In this document: positions 19,699 through 29,200 of the stretch, piece by piece
Numbering within the stretch: position 1 is the stretch's first letter
Layout of the letters: the number at the start of each line of letters is the position of its first letter
Assembly: GCA_964236955.1 (NCBI GenBank)
Contig: CAXSGP010000046.1
Location: forward strand, 1-36,292
DNA from: an uncultured Oligoflexus sp.
GTDB taxonomy: Bacteria; Bdellovibrionota_B; Oligoflexia; Oligoflexales; Oligoflexaceae
Length of the DNA: 36,292 nucleotides
Direction: 5' to 3'
The notes under the pieces: model-generated
What the model saw: only the letters and a program-made list of their open reading frames with translations
The model's database searches: none
What the model was told of the DNA's origin: nothing
Translations under genes and position numbers: made by a program

Positions 19699-20519
19699 GA
19701 AACGACTCTCTAAAATGGAAGTTTCGCATATCGGGCTTTTATTTTGAATTGGCTGAAGAACCTGCGCCTATTAATAATCTTAATATTTGACTGAGTCGCT
19801 CTAAATCGGTTTTTCATGACATCAATTGCGGCTCAATTCAAGATAATTTAAGGCTCCCAGTAAGCCCGGTTTTACTGCTTCTAAGGCGACTGTAGCCCTG
19901 AATTCGGCTATATGAACGTTTCGTTTCAAGAAAATTCGGAAACTTTCCGGGCAGAGAATGCCATTGCAACTTAACTAAGTCACTGGTTTAGTTTAGGCGA
20001 CCCTTCCCCTTTTTCAAATTGGCACGATCATAAGCCAATGAGAGTTAATCATTCCCATTTATCGGATAAATGGCAAGCGTTGTGCTGAACCAGTCTATAA
20101 GCATACGATCAGAAACCTTTGCCATTCAGGCTGCTGGCTCAAATCCTAAATGTTGTTAATAAAAAAGTGCAGATATTCCAGCCGGTCAATTTGAATAGAT
20201 GATTTCACGAAAGATTTTCTGGCACAAAAATCCATAGAATATTATGTCAATAGTTTTAAATAGTTAAAGCCATTTTTCTTAGCAAGGCCTTAAAATACAG
20301 CGCCTTGGCATCGTTACCCGCAGCGGTTCTAATAAAATGTAAAAGTACTGGCTCAGACCCCTTGTCTCAGTCCCAATCCTCTCGGGGACAGGTCAAGCCG
20401 GCGGGAGAGAAGACGATGCGCCTAAGGCTGCCTAATATGTTCAAAAAAATTTGAATAAATTATTTCCTCGCAAAACTCATGCCACAGACTATTGATTTCT
20501 TAGGCAAAAATACTTTTTC

Positions 20520-20547
20520 TAAACTTATGTAAGCTGTTTGCCGATAA
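20520..20547 (+). promoter_or_regulatory. sigma28 (FliA)-like promoter
   Basis: TAAA-N16-GCCGATAA with a consensus -10 element. Confidence 0.55.
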
Positions 20548-20989
20548 CAACGCAGCGCAATTAGCAGTAGCGAAAGGCTTAGGAGGGAAGAGTCGGGCAG
20601 GCAGTTGAACCTTCCGAAGGGGTGATGGAGAAAGTCAAGACTCCTGACCCCAGTGAAGCCGGCGCGATGGAGCCGGCGCCACCAAGCAGCGAAGGGAAAC
20701 CGAAACCAAGCGGATCTAGCCGACCCGCCACCGGAACCGGTAGAGACGCCACCAGCCGTCATCAATCCTGGCCTGCCTTCCGCGCGCCCATGGCCCATGC
20801 CCTTACCGCTGCCGCCAGCACTTGCAATGCTGATACTCGGCTCGCAGGGTGACAAGGAACCGGAGCTTTGTTGCTGGATCTTTATCGGGGGCTTGATTGA
20901 GCGCTCAAGAACCGCTTGGGTCGAATTGCAGTTTTTCACTTAAGTTTGCCGTTGCACCCGTCGCTTCCTTTAAGTTATCGGAAATCATT

Positions 20990-21832
20990 ATGAGTCGGAC
21001 CAGAGAGAACGCTTTGATTTTGACCGTTTCGCTTAGCTTTGCGGGACATTTGACGTCCTGTAAGTCAGACAGGAAGACAGCGGTCGGCGTCGAAGTTCTT
21101 CCAAAAAAGTCTTCGGCTACCGTTCCCATTGAAAATCCATTATCCACCTTTCCTTCGATACCTGCTCCATCGGCTGGACCGGCTCCTGGTGCAGATTTAC
21201 CTGCAGGGCCTTTACCTAAGCTCAATTCCATCAAAATTCGTGCGCCCTCGGGCAACAAGCAATCGACCGAGGCCTTTCCACCGCCGACAACCCAATGGCT
21301 TACGAACGGTACCTGGAATGTAGCCTATTCCAGCCTTCCGACCTGGAAAACCAGTCGAAACGTCAGGATCACATATAAGGCTCTGCCGGCCTCAACCCCA
21401 GGGTCAAGTCCTCTACCCTCTGGAATGGAAACCGACCGGCTCGACGATCTCGTCGAATATCAAACGCTTTTTTCTGACAAAGTCCTCACCGTTCATGGGG
21501 TCGATAAAGCAAGTATGGGTACCGGTGCGGCATGGGCTTGGGACTGGCGTGGATCCGGTCTATTGACCATTGCCACCTCGCACTGGGAGGTTCTCGGCTA
21601 TGGCAGCAAAAAATCCGGAGCAACGGGTACGGCTCCTGAGACCGAGTGGGCTGTGACCTACTTTGCCAAGACGCTTTTTACACCGGCAGGTATCGATGTA
21701 TACGCGCGGCCGGAAGCGACGATTTCAGAGGAAATGGTAATGGAAATCAAAAAGCAATTGAAGGAAACTGGCGACCCCACCCTGGTTAAACTGGTTGATG
21801 AGCTATTTCAGGTCAAACACGATTTCAAATAA
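20990..21832 (+). CDS. Lipoprotein with Pro-rich linker and lipocalin/calycin-like domain
   Basis: Start MSRTRE with lipobox LTSC; GTWNV..SSLPTWK..RNVRITY, LDDLVEYQ, WDWRGSG..IATSHWEVLGYG and WAVTYFAKTLFTPAGIDVY motifs. Confidence 0.8.
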   Translation: MSRTRENALILTVSLSFAGHLTSCKSDRKTAVGVEVLPKKSSATVPIENPLSTFPSIPAPSAGPAPGADLPAGPLPKLNSIKIRAPSGNKQSTEAFPPPTTQWLTNGTWNVAYSSLPTWKTSRNVRITYKALPASTPGSSPLPSGMETDRLDDLVEYQTLFSDKVLTVHGVDKASMGTGAAWAWDWRGSGLLTIATSHWEVLGYGSKKSGATGTAPETEWAVTYFAKTLFTPAGIDVYARPEATISEEMVMEIKKQLKETGDPTLVKLVDELFQVKHDFK

Positions 21833-21918
21833 TGGTTCGGGCCTTTAAAGGGGTTCAAGCCCCATTCATCTCATCTTGTGAACAAGTCTGGAAATCATCT
21901 TTATTTTAAAAATCCCGC

Positions 21919-21946
21919 TAAGTTTTTATCGTTGAAATTCCGATGG
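21919..21946 (+). promoter_or_regulatory. sigma28-like promoter (weak match)
   Basis: TAAG-N16-TCCGATGG upstream of the ATG at 21992. Confidence 0.3.
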
Positions 21947-21991
21947 GTCTATCGCCCCCAATCGGCCTTCTCATGACCTTAAGGATGCAAT

Positions 21992-22957
21992 ATGAAGTCA
22001 CGCGATGCGATCTTTTTCCTGACCCTCGTCATTATGGGAAGCGCCTGTAAAAAAGACAAAGAGTCAGAGCTCAAAGACAACGGCGTGGCGGATATTTTAA
22101 GCGAATTCCAACTGAATCGAAGCAAAGCCGAAGCTCTGGAAAGCGATCAATTTCAATCCCGATTTGATACATTAAGCGGAAAATTTGAAAACCCGGGCTT
22201 TCGGTCAGGCAGTCCGCCGGCAACCGGCGCAAGCCCGGCGAATTGCAACACCAGGGAGTCTGAAGCTGGCATTTCAACGATCGCTAACGGCAAAGACCTC
22301 CAGATTTTGATAAAGTATTCCAATAGTGAGGCCTGTGCCGACGAGTTAAAGGCAGCCGCGAAATCTATAGCTGCTGAAAAAGGTTATGCTTCGATATCGA
22401 TAGCGAAGACGTTCAAACGTCAGATCACCCTCGTATGCAAAAACGATGTCACCGGGGCGACGGCGAGCACGAATCTGGAAATCGAAAACCTGATAGGCCG
22501 ATGCGGAGTTCTTTTCGAATCATCGTATAGCACGAGCAGCAACGAATCCATTATCTTTCTCGATACCCAAGATGGTAAGGAGGAAGCCGATAGTGAATAT
22601 GAGCTGGCCTCCATCGTCAGCGATCCAAAAGGTCACCCGTGCCCGGTAACAGAAGAGGGTTCGTCTGATGAAATCTACTGCTCAAGGGGCTTCTGGTACA
22701 AAAACTCAGACAAAATCACGACGACTTCCCAATATTTATACATCACGCCCAAAGACCTGAAAATTTCTGACAAAAAGGGTCGTTGGTATGACTCCGGCTC
22801 ATGGGAGGTCATATTTAACAACTGGGAGGGCAAGGCCGCAATCACTGCCAATACACTCCCTGCAAGCTTTAGTATGAGCGACGGTAAGGTTGACAATTCA
22901 GGATCTTTTTCTATATCGCTGAAACTTCTGCCATCCGAGAATGAAGAGGCACGCTAG
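21992..22957 (+). CDS. Hypothetical lipoprotein
   Basis: Lipobox GSAC-KK, AAGGA RBS, several paired Cys; no recognised domain. Confidence 0.75.
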   Translation: MKSRDAIFFLTLVIMGSACKKDKESELKDNGVADILSEFQLNRSKAEALESDQFQSRFDTLSGKFENPGFRSGSPPATGASPANCNTRESEAGISTIANGKDLQILIKYSNSEACADELKAAAKSIAAEKGYASISIAKTFKRQITLVCKNDVTGATASTNLEIENLIGRCGVLFESSYSTSSNESIIFLDTQDGKEEADSEYELASIVSDPKGHPCPVTEEGSSDEIYCSRGFWYKNSDKITTTSQYLYITPKDLKISDKKGRWYDSGSWEVIFNNWEGKAAITANTLPASFSMSDGKVDNSGSFSISLKLLPSENEEAR

Positions 22958-23112
22958 GCCTCTGGAAAAAGAGCAGAGCCCTAAACCTAGCGCTAGCCGT
23001 CGCGGAGATCATAAGGCTTGGCAGTTTTAGGCAAAGCTTGCTGGGGTCAGATCGCAAGAGCGGTAAAACCTAAGTTCTTTAGGAACGAAAGCCGCTTGAC
23101 TTCCCAGCCTTT

Positions 23113-23132
23113 ACATAAGAAAAAACTTATGT
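23113..23132. promoter_or_regulatory. Perfect palindrome ACATAAG-N6-CTTATGT upstream of LysR gene
   Basis: Seen directly about 60 nt before the LysR ATG; resembles a LysR autoregulatory box. Confidence 0.5.
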
Positions 23133-23191
23133 GTTTGCCGGGACGCCCCTAAATTTTCTTCCTCTATACCGTTTGGCGCAAGGAATCCCCC

Positions 23192-24061
23192 ATGTTTCCA
23201 ACTTATATCGAACTCGAAGGCTTTAAGGAGATTGCCAGGCTCGGCAACATCAGTCGTGCGGCGCAGAGTCTTGGGATCTCACAGCCCTCCCTCAGTCAAT
23301 CGCTAAAGAAACTCGAGGAGCGAGTCGGCTCCAAATTATTTGTTCGTAGCAAATCCGGCTCGGAACTTACCGAAGCCGGTCGGGCAGTCCTTGCCGAAAC
23401 CGATCAACTTTTAAACCTTTGGAAACGCGCGGTCAGCCGCGCATCTTTGCGAACCGATGAGTTCACCGGCAGGATTCGAGTCGGTTGCCATGTAAGTGTC
23501 GCCCAATATGCCCTCTCGCCTTTCGTTCGGTATATCCATGACGGATTTCCCCGCGTTCAGGTGGAATTGGTCCACGACCTGTCCCGCCGACTCGTCGATC
23601 AGGTTCTCCATAGTGAACTCGATATGGCAATTGCCATAAACCCTTTTGAATCGCCCGACTTGGTATTGAGGTCGATAGCCAGCGATGAATTCACCCTTTT
23701 CGTCAATCGGCCTCTGGATAATCTGGAACTGATCAATCGCCTGCCACTTTTTATCGATCCAAAGTTACAGCAAACCCAGATGATATTGCGTGCATTGTAT
23801 GGCAAGGGTTTTAGATTTGAGAAGATAATAGAAAGTTCTAGCCTTGATGTCTGCGCCGCACTCCTGCGCGACAACGTTGGCCTCAGTGTCCTGCCGGAAC
23901 GTGTCCAAAAGTTATTTGCCGCGGGTGCTGTTCGCGTGGCGGGAGCGCCATCATTTCATGATGAAATTAAGCTCATCTATCGTGCCGATCGCATCGACAC
24001 CAAGGTATCAAAAGTTTTCTTTCGAGGTCTGGAAAAAGTCCTTCGCGATGAACTTTCATAA
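23192..24061 (+). CDS. LysR-family transcriptional regulator
   Basis: GNISRAAQSLGISQPSLSQSLKKLEERVGSKLFVR..LTEAG HTH followed by a substrate-binding domain; 289 aa. Confidence 0.95.
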   Translation: MFPTYIELEGFKEIARLGNISRAAQSLGISQPSLSQSLKKLEERVGSKLFVRSKSGSELTEAGRAVLAETDQLLNLWKRAVSRASLRTDEFTGRIRVGCHVSVAQYALSPFVRYIHDGFPRVQVELVHDLSRRLVDQVLHSELDMAIAINPFESPDLVLRSIASDEFTLFVNRPLDNLELINRLPLFIDPKLQQTQMILRALYGKGFRFEKIIESSSLDVCAALLRDNVGLSVLPERVQKLFAAGAVRVAGAPSFHDEIKLIYRADRIDTKVSKVFFRGLEKVLRDELS

Positions 24062-24183
24062 ATCCGGAATCAAGCCGTTCCCTATCGCAAAGCCAGAGTT
24101 GTGATGGCAATTGGGCATCGGTTCCCTCCTTTAACGACTCTGCCCCGGCCACCATCGCTTCGAGATATGGAACATAAATGGAG

Positions 24184-24215
24184 AAGCCCACAGCGGTACG
24201 GTCCGCTGCGGGTTT
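24184..24215. terminator. Hairpin between convergent LysR and protease genes
   Basis: AAGCCC-A-CAGCGG-TACGGT-CCGCTG-C-GGGTTT stem-loop. Confidence 0.5.
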
Positions 24216-24239
24216 GAAGAGATCGACGTTGACGCCTAC

Positions 24240-26195
24240 TCAATGCGCTAGGCCCTTGGGATCGATACGAAAGCTCTTGTAGATCTCCTTCGATTCCTCT
24301 TCCGACGACGAATTAATAAAGGCTCCAATCAGTTCCGCTTTATCTTCACTTATTTTAACCGAGAATTCCCCGGGCTTGTCAGACTTCGATTTGGTTAATT
24401 TCATCGGGCTGAGTTCCTTAAGAGTTTGATGGCTCTTTGAATAGCCACTGCTCTTACCGATCGACGGCGTGCTGAAATTTTCAACCAGGAGCGTTTTACT
24501 CGAGTCTTTGCTTGTATGGCCGATTTGGAAGGGACGAGGATTCCTATCAGCTCCGGGATAAAAGCCGATAGCAAGTTGATCAAGCCCAGACTTCCTGGTT
24601 TCGACAGAGTAGTTAAAACCCCAGGCACTGATCGATACCGATCCATCTTTTGCCTCAATATTTATGCGCGAAATGAACTCGGGTTTAATCTCTTGTTTTT
24701 GAAAGACCAACCATTCGTCACTGCTACCCTTGTATGGAAATATAAACTCTTCCTGGTTTAAGGATTCCAATAAGGAAATGTTTTTGAGGGAAAGCGAGCC
24801 ATCGACTGCCTTAAGGAAGCATGTTAATTCCACGACCGTCGGCGTGCAGGCCAGATCGAGAAATCCTAAGGTATAGCCCGTCACATAGCGATTGACAACC
24901 CAAGGCCTTTTCAGGCTATCGGCATAGGAATAGGAATCAACACCCTCGCCGAGCGAAGTCACATAATATCTGTCATTGGCGATCTCCCGACTTAAGGCCT
25001 TGGTTTTGAGATAACCATCCATCAGCCGCTTAGGATTTTTCAAAAGCTCATCGGATTTTCCAAAGTGGGGAATCGACACATAATACATGCTCTCGTCGAA
25101 CCTTGTGTAACGCAATTTCTCATCGTTTTTCAAGGTCACTTCTTTGTCTTCAAGCTGTTTGAATATCCATTGCCCTTCATGGGAGGGATCGACGGCAAAC
25201 CGGAATGTCGAAAGCGGGACTGTGTCCTGAACCAGGTTCTTGATGTTCTCAGGGTTGGAATAGAACCCAACCTCCAGGCTTTTCTTCCTGTAGTTCTCGC
25301 TAAGCGTGACATAACTGGCATTAAGTTCTTTCCTGACATTGTCGAAAAAGTCCTTGGCGGAGGAAGGCAGGCCTTTGGAGACCATGATTTTTATTGATGC
25401 CCTTAAGTCCTGAACGGCTTTATCTTTGATGACGACTTCGCCCAGGTCCACAGTTCCAACATTGCTTAAAGTGGAGAGCTCCTTGATAGGCGTCGCGATA
25501 TTCAGCGATTGATCTTCGATTTTGCGGACCACGACCCCTATGACTTGATTCTTTTTATTCAGCAATGGGCCGCCTGAGTTGCCGGGCGAAACCGGAGTCG
25601 AAAAGTAGACCTCCTGCCATCTGCCATCTTCGGGCTCCGGCTGGAAAGACGAAACTTCACCGCTGCAGCGAAGCGATATCCCTTCGCCAAGAGCGTTTCC
25701 CGGAGCGCAAGTGGCATCGCCGATCTTCACAACTGTGCTGATGGGCAAAGGCTTCACCGCCTTCGGATAGGTTTTTAATTCGAAGGCCACAAGATCCTTC
25801 TTTGAGTCGTATTTTACAATATTTGAAATCTCAAAAATATTCCCGTCGATATTGCGAACATAGATCGATTTTCCCGGGACCACCGTTTGATAGGTGATGA
25901 CATGGGCGGCAGACACCAGGGTCTTGTTATTGAGAAACCAGGCCGTGCCGATCGACTGGTATTTGTCGGTTCTTTGTTTAAAGGGAATTTTATCGAGGGG
26001 ATACGCTCGATCATAAACGACAGCCGAATCGTCGGGTTTATCGATGACGACTTCCACTATTGAGTTTTGATAGTCTTTGACAGACATCGCCTTGGCTTCT
26101 GATGCCGGCCCGGCGGCATAAATAAGGAGAGCAGCGGTCAGGCTCAAAGTTTTTGGGATATTGCCAGATAACGATTTTGACAAAGTGGTTTTCAA
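24240..26195 (-). CDS. Secreted trypsin-like (S1) serine protease with long uncharacterised C-terminal region
   Basis: Catalytic motifs SAAHV, KDLV and SPGNSGGPL plus a signal peptide. Likely TTG start at 26195 after AGGTAGGGG; the ORF track starts at 26243. Confidence 0.85.
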   Translation of the reverse strand: MKTTLSKSLSGNIPKTLSLTAALLIYAAGPASEAKAMSVKDYQNSIVEVVIDKPDDSAVVYDRAYPLDKIPFKQRTDKYQSIGTAWFLNNKTLVSAAHVITYQTVVPGKSIYVRNIDGNIFEISNIVKYDSKKDLVAFELKTYPKAVKPLPISTVVKIGDATCAPGNALGEGISLRCSGEVSSFQPEPEDGRWQEVYFSTPVSPGNSGGPLLNKKNQVIGVVVRKIEDQSLNIATPIKELSTLSNVGTVDLGEVVIKDKAVQDLRASIKIMVSKGLPSSAKDFFDNVRKELNASYVTLSENYRKKSLEVGFYSNPENIKNLVQDTVPLSTFRFAVDPSHEGQWIFKQLEDKEVTLKNDEKLRYTRFDESMYYVSIPHFGKSDELLKNPKRLMDGYLKTKALSREIANDRYYVTSLGEGVDSYSYADSLKRPWVVNRYVTGYTLGFLDLACTPTVVELTCFLKAVDGSLSLKNISLLESLNQEEFIFPYKGSSDEWLVFQKQEIKPEFISRINIEAKDGSVSISAWGFNYSVETRKSGLDQLAIGFYPGADRNPRPFQIGHTSKDSSKTLLVENFSTPSIGKSSGYSKSHQTLKELSPMKLTKSKSDKPGEFSVKISEDKAELIGAFINSSSEEESKEIYKSFRIDPKGLAH

Positions 26196-26431
26196 GACAA
26201 CCCCTACCTTTCGTAAGATTCTAATGAGTGAGCGCCAAGGCACTTACCGAGTTAAAATTACGATCGGTCGAATGATATCCCTTCATGAGAAGGTATGGCC
26301 TAAAGGCTCGAATTTTTGAAATATCAATCGATAACTTATTGCTATAATTAGTAAATTACAAGGGGACGAAAACCCATTGCTGTTAAGGGCTCTGGAGTTC
26401 TGCTTGACTTTCGAGCGAGTCAGACTGCATT

Positions 26432-27412
26432 TCAACGCTGGCAGATTACACTATTTACGTTGGATTTTAATTGAATGCGAATTACTTTGCTCGCGTCAGG
26501 CTCGTCGAGTAGCATAAAGTGAGCGTTGGTTTGGCGGTCGTCGGCAAGGTCATAGCTCCAGAACGCAATATTTTCTACGCTTAGGAGATCCAGAGCCTCT
26601 CTAGCCCTGGTATTCTCCATAAGGCCATGCGTATGTGCGGCGGAAAGCATTGGTAAGCTTGCAAGGACCCAATCATCGCTACCGGCGCGAAGCAAATTTC
26701 CACAGGTGAGCATCGCCTCGTTCCAATCGAAGGAACCAATAAGGCGAGTGAAAGTAACGCCAGTCACAAGATCGGACACTAATTTTTCGCCGACTAAGGC
26801 CGTCACCGAAAAGCCGGATGAACTTAGGATGTCTTTCACATGGGCTTCAGAACTTCGAGGCGAATTCCCCTGAACAGGATTTTCCAAAGACACTTTTACA
26901 GGGGTGGCGAAGGCTGCCTCGCGGGAAATATCAATACTTGGCGAATCGAAAAAATAGAGCACATCAAATGTTCTATCGATTTGAGTGAGGGTTATGGTTT
27001 CGAAAGCGAGTCCTTCTGCCTTTGGCACAGCAGGAAGGTAAGTGAGCTTTCCCGCTAGAAGTTCCGGCTTTATGTAAAGCCCGTCAGCATCATTCATGCG
27101 GCATCCGACTTCAATGCGAGTGCCAAGTTCGCTGATTTCCGCGCAATAGAGATAGGCTCCGTTCACGATTTGCGGCGCCGTTACAGTTTCGCCGCCGGTG
27201 ACAGGGGAGGGAACGTCGGTACTGGCGTCTGCGCTTTGTGGAGGCCTGTCTAAAGCCGGAGCACCAGGCACAGTTGAACCATCGGCAGTCCGCGCCGGGT
27301 TAATAGCCGACTGTCGAGCGGTTCCAGTGCCATTTTTAAGACTTCCCCTTAGCTCGGTCCTTTCCTCGGAACAGGCCGCGACAAGGAAGATGATTCCCAG
27401 AAATATTTTCAT
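26432..27412 (-). CDS. Lipoprotein with C-terminal DUF1566 (Lcl C-terminal)-like domain
   Basis: MKIFLG..VAAC lipobox with GAGGAG RBS; C-terminal VSDLVTG...DWNEA..C..L...G.DDW.L resembles a divergent DUF1566. Confidence 0.6.
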   Translation of the reverse strand: MKIFLGIIFLVAACSEERTELRGSLKNGTGTARQSAINPARTADGSTVPGAPALDRPPQSADASTDVPSPVTGGETVTAPQIVNGAYLYCAEISELGTRIEVGCRMNDADGLYIKPELLAGKLTYLPAVPKAEGLAFETITLTQIDRTFDVLYFFDSPSIDISREAAFATPVKVSLENPVQGNSPRSSEAHVKDILSSSGFSVTALVGEKLVSDLVTGVTFTRLIGSFDWNEAMLTCGNLLRAGSDDWVLASLPMLSAAHTHGLMENTRAREALDLLSVENIAFWSYDLADDRQTNAHFMLLDEPDASKVIRIQLKSNVNSVICQR

Positions 27413-27677
27413 TTTGAAAGCTCCTCTAGTCTTGTCCCCATCTCGGTCTTTTGCCGGAGTATCGGACGAGAAGCTTTCAATTCCTTGATAGGATTGATAA
27501 ATATGAGGCAGATTTGGCTTGGGCCGATTGAGGGGCAAATCAAAAATGAAAGGGCGGCGGACCTAGGATATTAAGAAAGCCTGAGTCGAATCAAAGGAGA
27601 GGTTAACATCTTCGAGCTGGTGCATTGGCAGTTAACCCTGACTCGACCCAAGCCTTATTTCGTTCTTGATTTCGTCT

Positions 27678-28694
27678 TTATTCCGCTACAGGCACATCAT
27701 CAGTCGTCTCAGGCTGAGGTTGATCCGCTGTAGGTTGCGGTTGTGCTGCCACGCTTCCTGCCGGTTGAGAGCTGACAAGACTGGCCGCTTCCTGCTCATG
27801 GTCCCGGATCGCATTTAACGATTTCGTCACATAGGATTTAATTTCAGGAATGACAACAGCGTTTAACATGCCCTGGATTTTCGTGTACGCCGCTTGATGA
27901 GACGCCATCATCTGCTCTGCAAAAACATTCGCGAAATCATTATCAGAAGTATTCTGAAGCCTGCTTACGACAGCTTCTGCTTCTGAATTTTCCGCAGCGA
28001 AATTGTCTGATACAAGTTCAATTTTGTATGTCTTCGCGAGGGCAGTCAGTTCTTTCTCATTAGCCATATGCTCATCGAGAAGGTCTCTGGCATAATCACG
28101 AATTTCCTGGCTCGTCAGTTTTTCAAAAGCGACAAGACTCGCTTTGATTTCATTTATATTCGTTGTGTGTAAGGCTTGCAGAATACGCTGTTCCTGTTGA
28201 TTTGCAGATTGCGCCACTTGTCCGGCCGGAGTTGCTTGTCCGGCTGGAGTTGTGCTTCCGGCTGGAGTTGTGCTTCCGACCGGAGTTGCTTGGCCGGGAT
28301 GACCAGGATGAGCAGGATGAGCAGGATGAGCAGGATGAGCAGGATGCACGCCTTGGCCGGGATGACTAGGATGAGCAGGATGCACGCCTTGGCCAGCATG
28401 CCCTGCAGGACCCGGATGGCTAGCATGCCCTGCAGCATCGGGATGGCCGGCTTGGCTAGGCTGACCCGCTTGACTGCTTTGACCCGCCTGGCTGATTTGA
28501 CCAGCTTCGCTGCTTTGGCCCATTGATCCTATCGGCTGAATGCTACTGTTACTGCCTTTCCCTTCAACCACTGTGCTCGTATCCGCAATTCCTTGCAGGG
28601 CACCGCCCGGAGCTGGCGAGCTGCTGCCCGCAAAAGCGGAGGCCGGAAGTAGGATTGAAAACGCTGCGACACAAATAGATTTTACATTTTTCAT
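27678..28694 (-). CDS. Secreted DUF4142 (ferritin-like) protein with His/Pro/Gln-rich repeat linker
   Basis: Signal peptide ending SAFA and GAGGAGA RBS; N..EI.AS..A..K....IRDYA..L..EH, F...M..SH and IRDHEQEA motifs typical of DUF4142. Confidence 0.85.
   Translation of the reverse strand: MKNVKSICVAAFSILLPASAFAGSSSPAPGGALQGIADTSTVVEGKGSNSSIQPIGSMGQSSEAGQISQAGQSSQAGQPSQAGHPDAAGHASHPGPAGHAGQGVHPAHPSHPGQGVHPAHPAHPAHPAHPGHPGQATPVGSTTPAGSTTPAGQATPAGQVAQSANQQEQRILQALHTTNINEIKASLVAFEKLTSQEIRDYARDLLDEHMANEKELTALAKTYKIELVSDNFAAENSEAEAVVSRLQNTSDNDFANVFAEQMMASHQAAYTKIQGMLNAVVIPEIKSYVTKSLNAIRDHEQEAASLVSSQPAGSVAAQPQPTADQPQPETTDDVPVAE
28222..28510. repeat. In-frame tandem repeats (9-bp CAGGATGAG x4 plus partial; 18-bp degenerate units)
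   Basis: CAGGATGAG at 28304, 28313, 28322 and 28331 encodes (HPA)n. 18-bp units encode GSTTPA/GQATPA and QAGQxS, and the block GQGVHPAHP is duplicated. Confidence 0.9.
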
Positions 28695-28831
28695 TTGGTT
28701 TCTCCTCAAATATGAAAAGTGATGAATAAGCAAATCGAAATTTGCCTTTGGCATTCCGATCCAAAATTTTTAATTCTTTCGCGGACGAATGAAAACGGGA
28801 AAAATCAAACTTTCCTGAAATAGATGAATGG

Positions 28832-28848
28832 CTGCATAAAGTATGCAG
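28832..28848. promoter_or_regulatory. Palindrome CTGCATA-AAG-TATGCAG in divergent intergenic region
   Basis: Perfect 7-3-7 inverted repeat seen directly. Confidence 0.4.
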
Positions 28849-29121
28849 GTTTCTAGTGAAAATTAGCTAGCAGCTGATGGGTGAATTAGAGAAGTCACGC
28901 ATGCGCTTCACTCGTGGCCTGCTGTTCTTTTAACCGGGAAATAGCTGCAGCTGTTGTAAGAGCTACAGAAAAAGTCCCACGACTGGGATCAGGTGCTGGG
29001 AAACATTGAGCATCCCGTAATTCACAGTTTCGCCAATCGATGGCTGGGAATTTTTTTAAAAAAATACCTATGAAATTGGTTCCGATAACTCAGTGACAAT
29101 ACGGTCGCATCTGCCCTAGCC

Positions 29122-29148
29122 TCAGGAGATTGTCTTAAGGACCGATAC
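29122..29148 (+). promoter_or_regulatory. sigma28-like promoter candidate
   Basis: TCAG-N15-ACCGATAC about 50 nt before the ATG at 29201; a second TCCGATAA lies at 29081. Confidence 0.35.
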
Positions 29149-29200
29149 CAAAAGGGTCTTCTTTGGAAGGAGCCTTCCCTAAATTCTAGAGGAAACTCTC

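Noticed and set aside
20019..20036. TTGGCACG sigma54 -24-like element
   Set aside because: The downstream GC is off-register and lacks TTGC.
20589..20880. Resemblance to RNase P RNA (GAGTCGGGCAGGCAGTTG, hairpin, GGAGAAAGTC..GACTCC)
   Set aside because: The invariant GAGGAAAGTCC and the 3' ACAGAA..CGGCTTA with a P1 complement are absent, and the region reads better as coding-like low-complexity sequence.
28154..28526. Repetitive alternative-frame ORFs (ILLILL.., DEQDEQ.., MSRMSR..)
   Set aside because: By-products of the 9-bp repeat inside the DUF4142 gene. The repeat is not a CRISPR array because it has no unique spacers.
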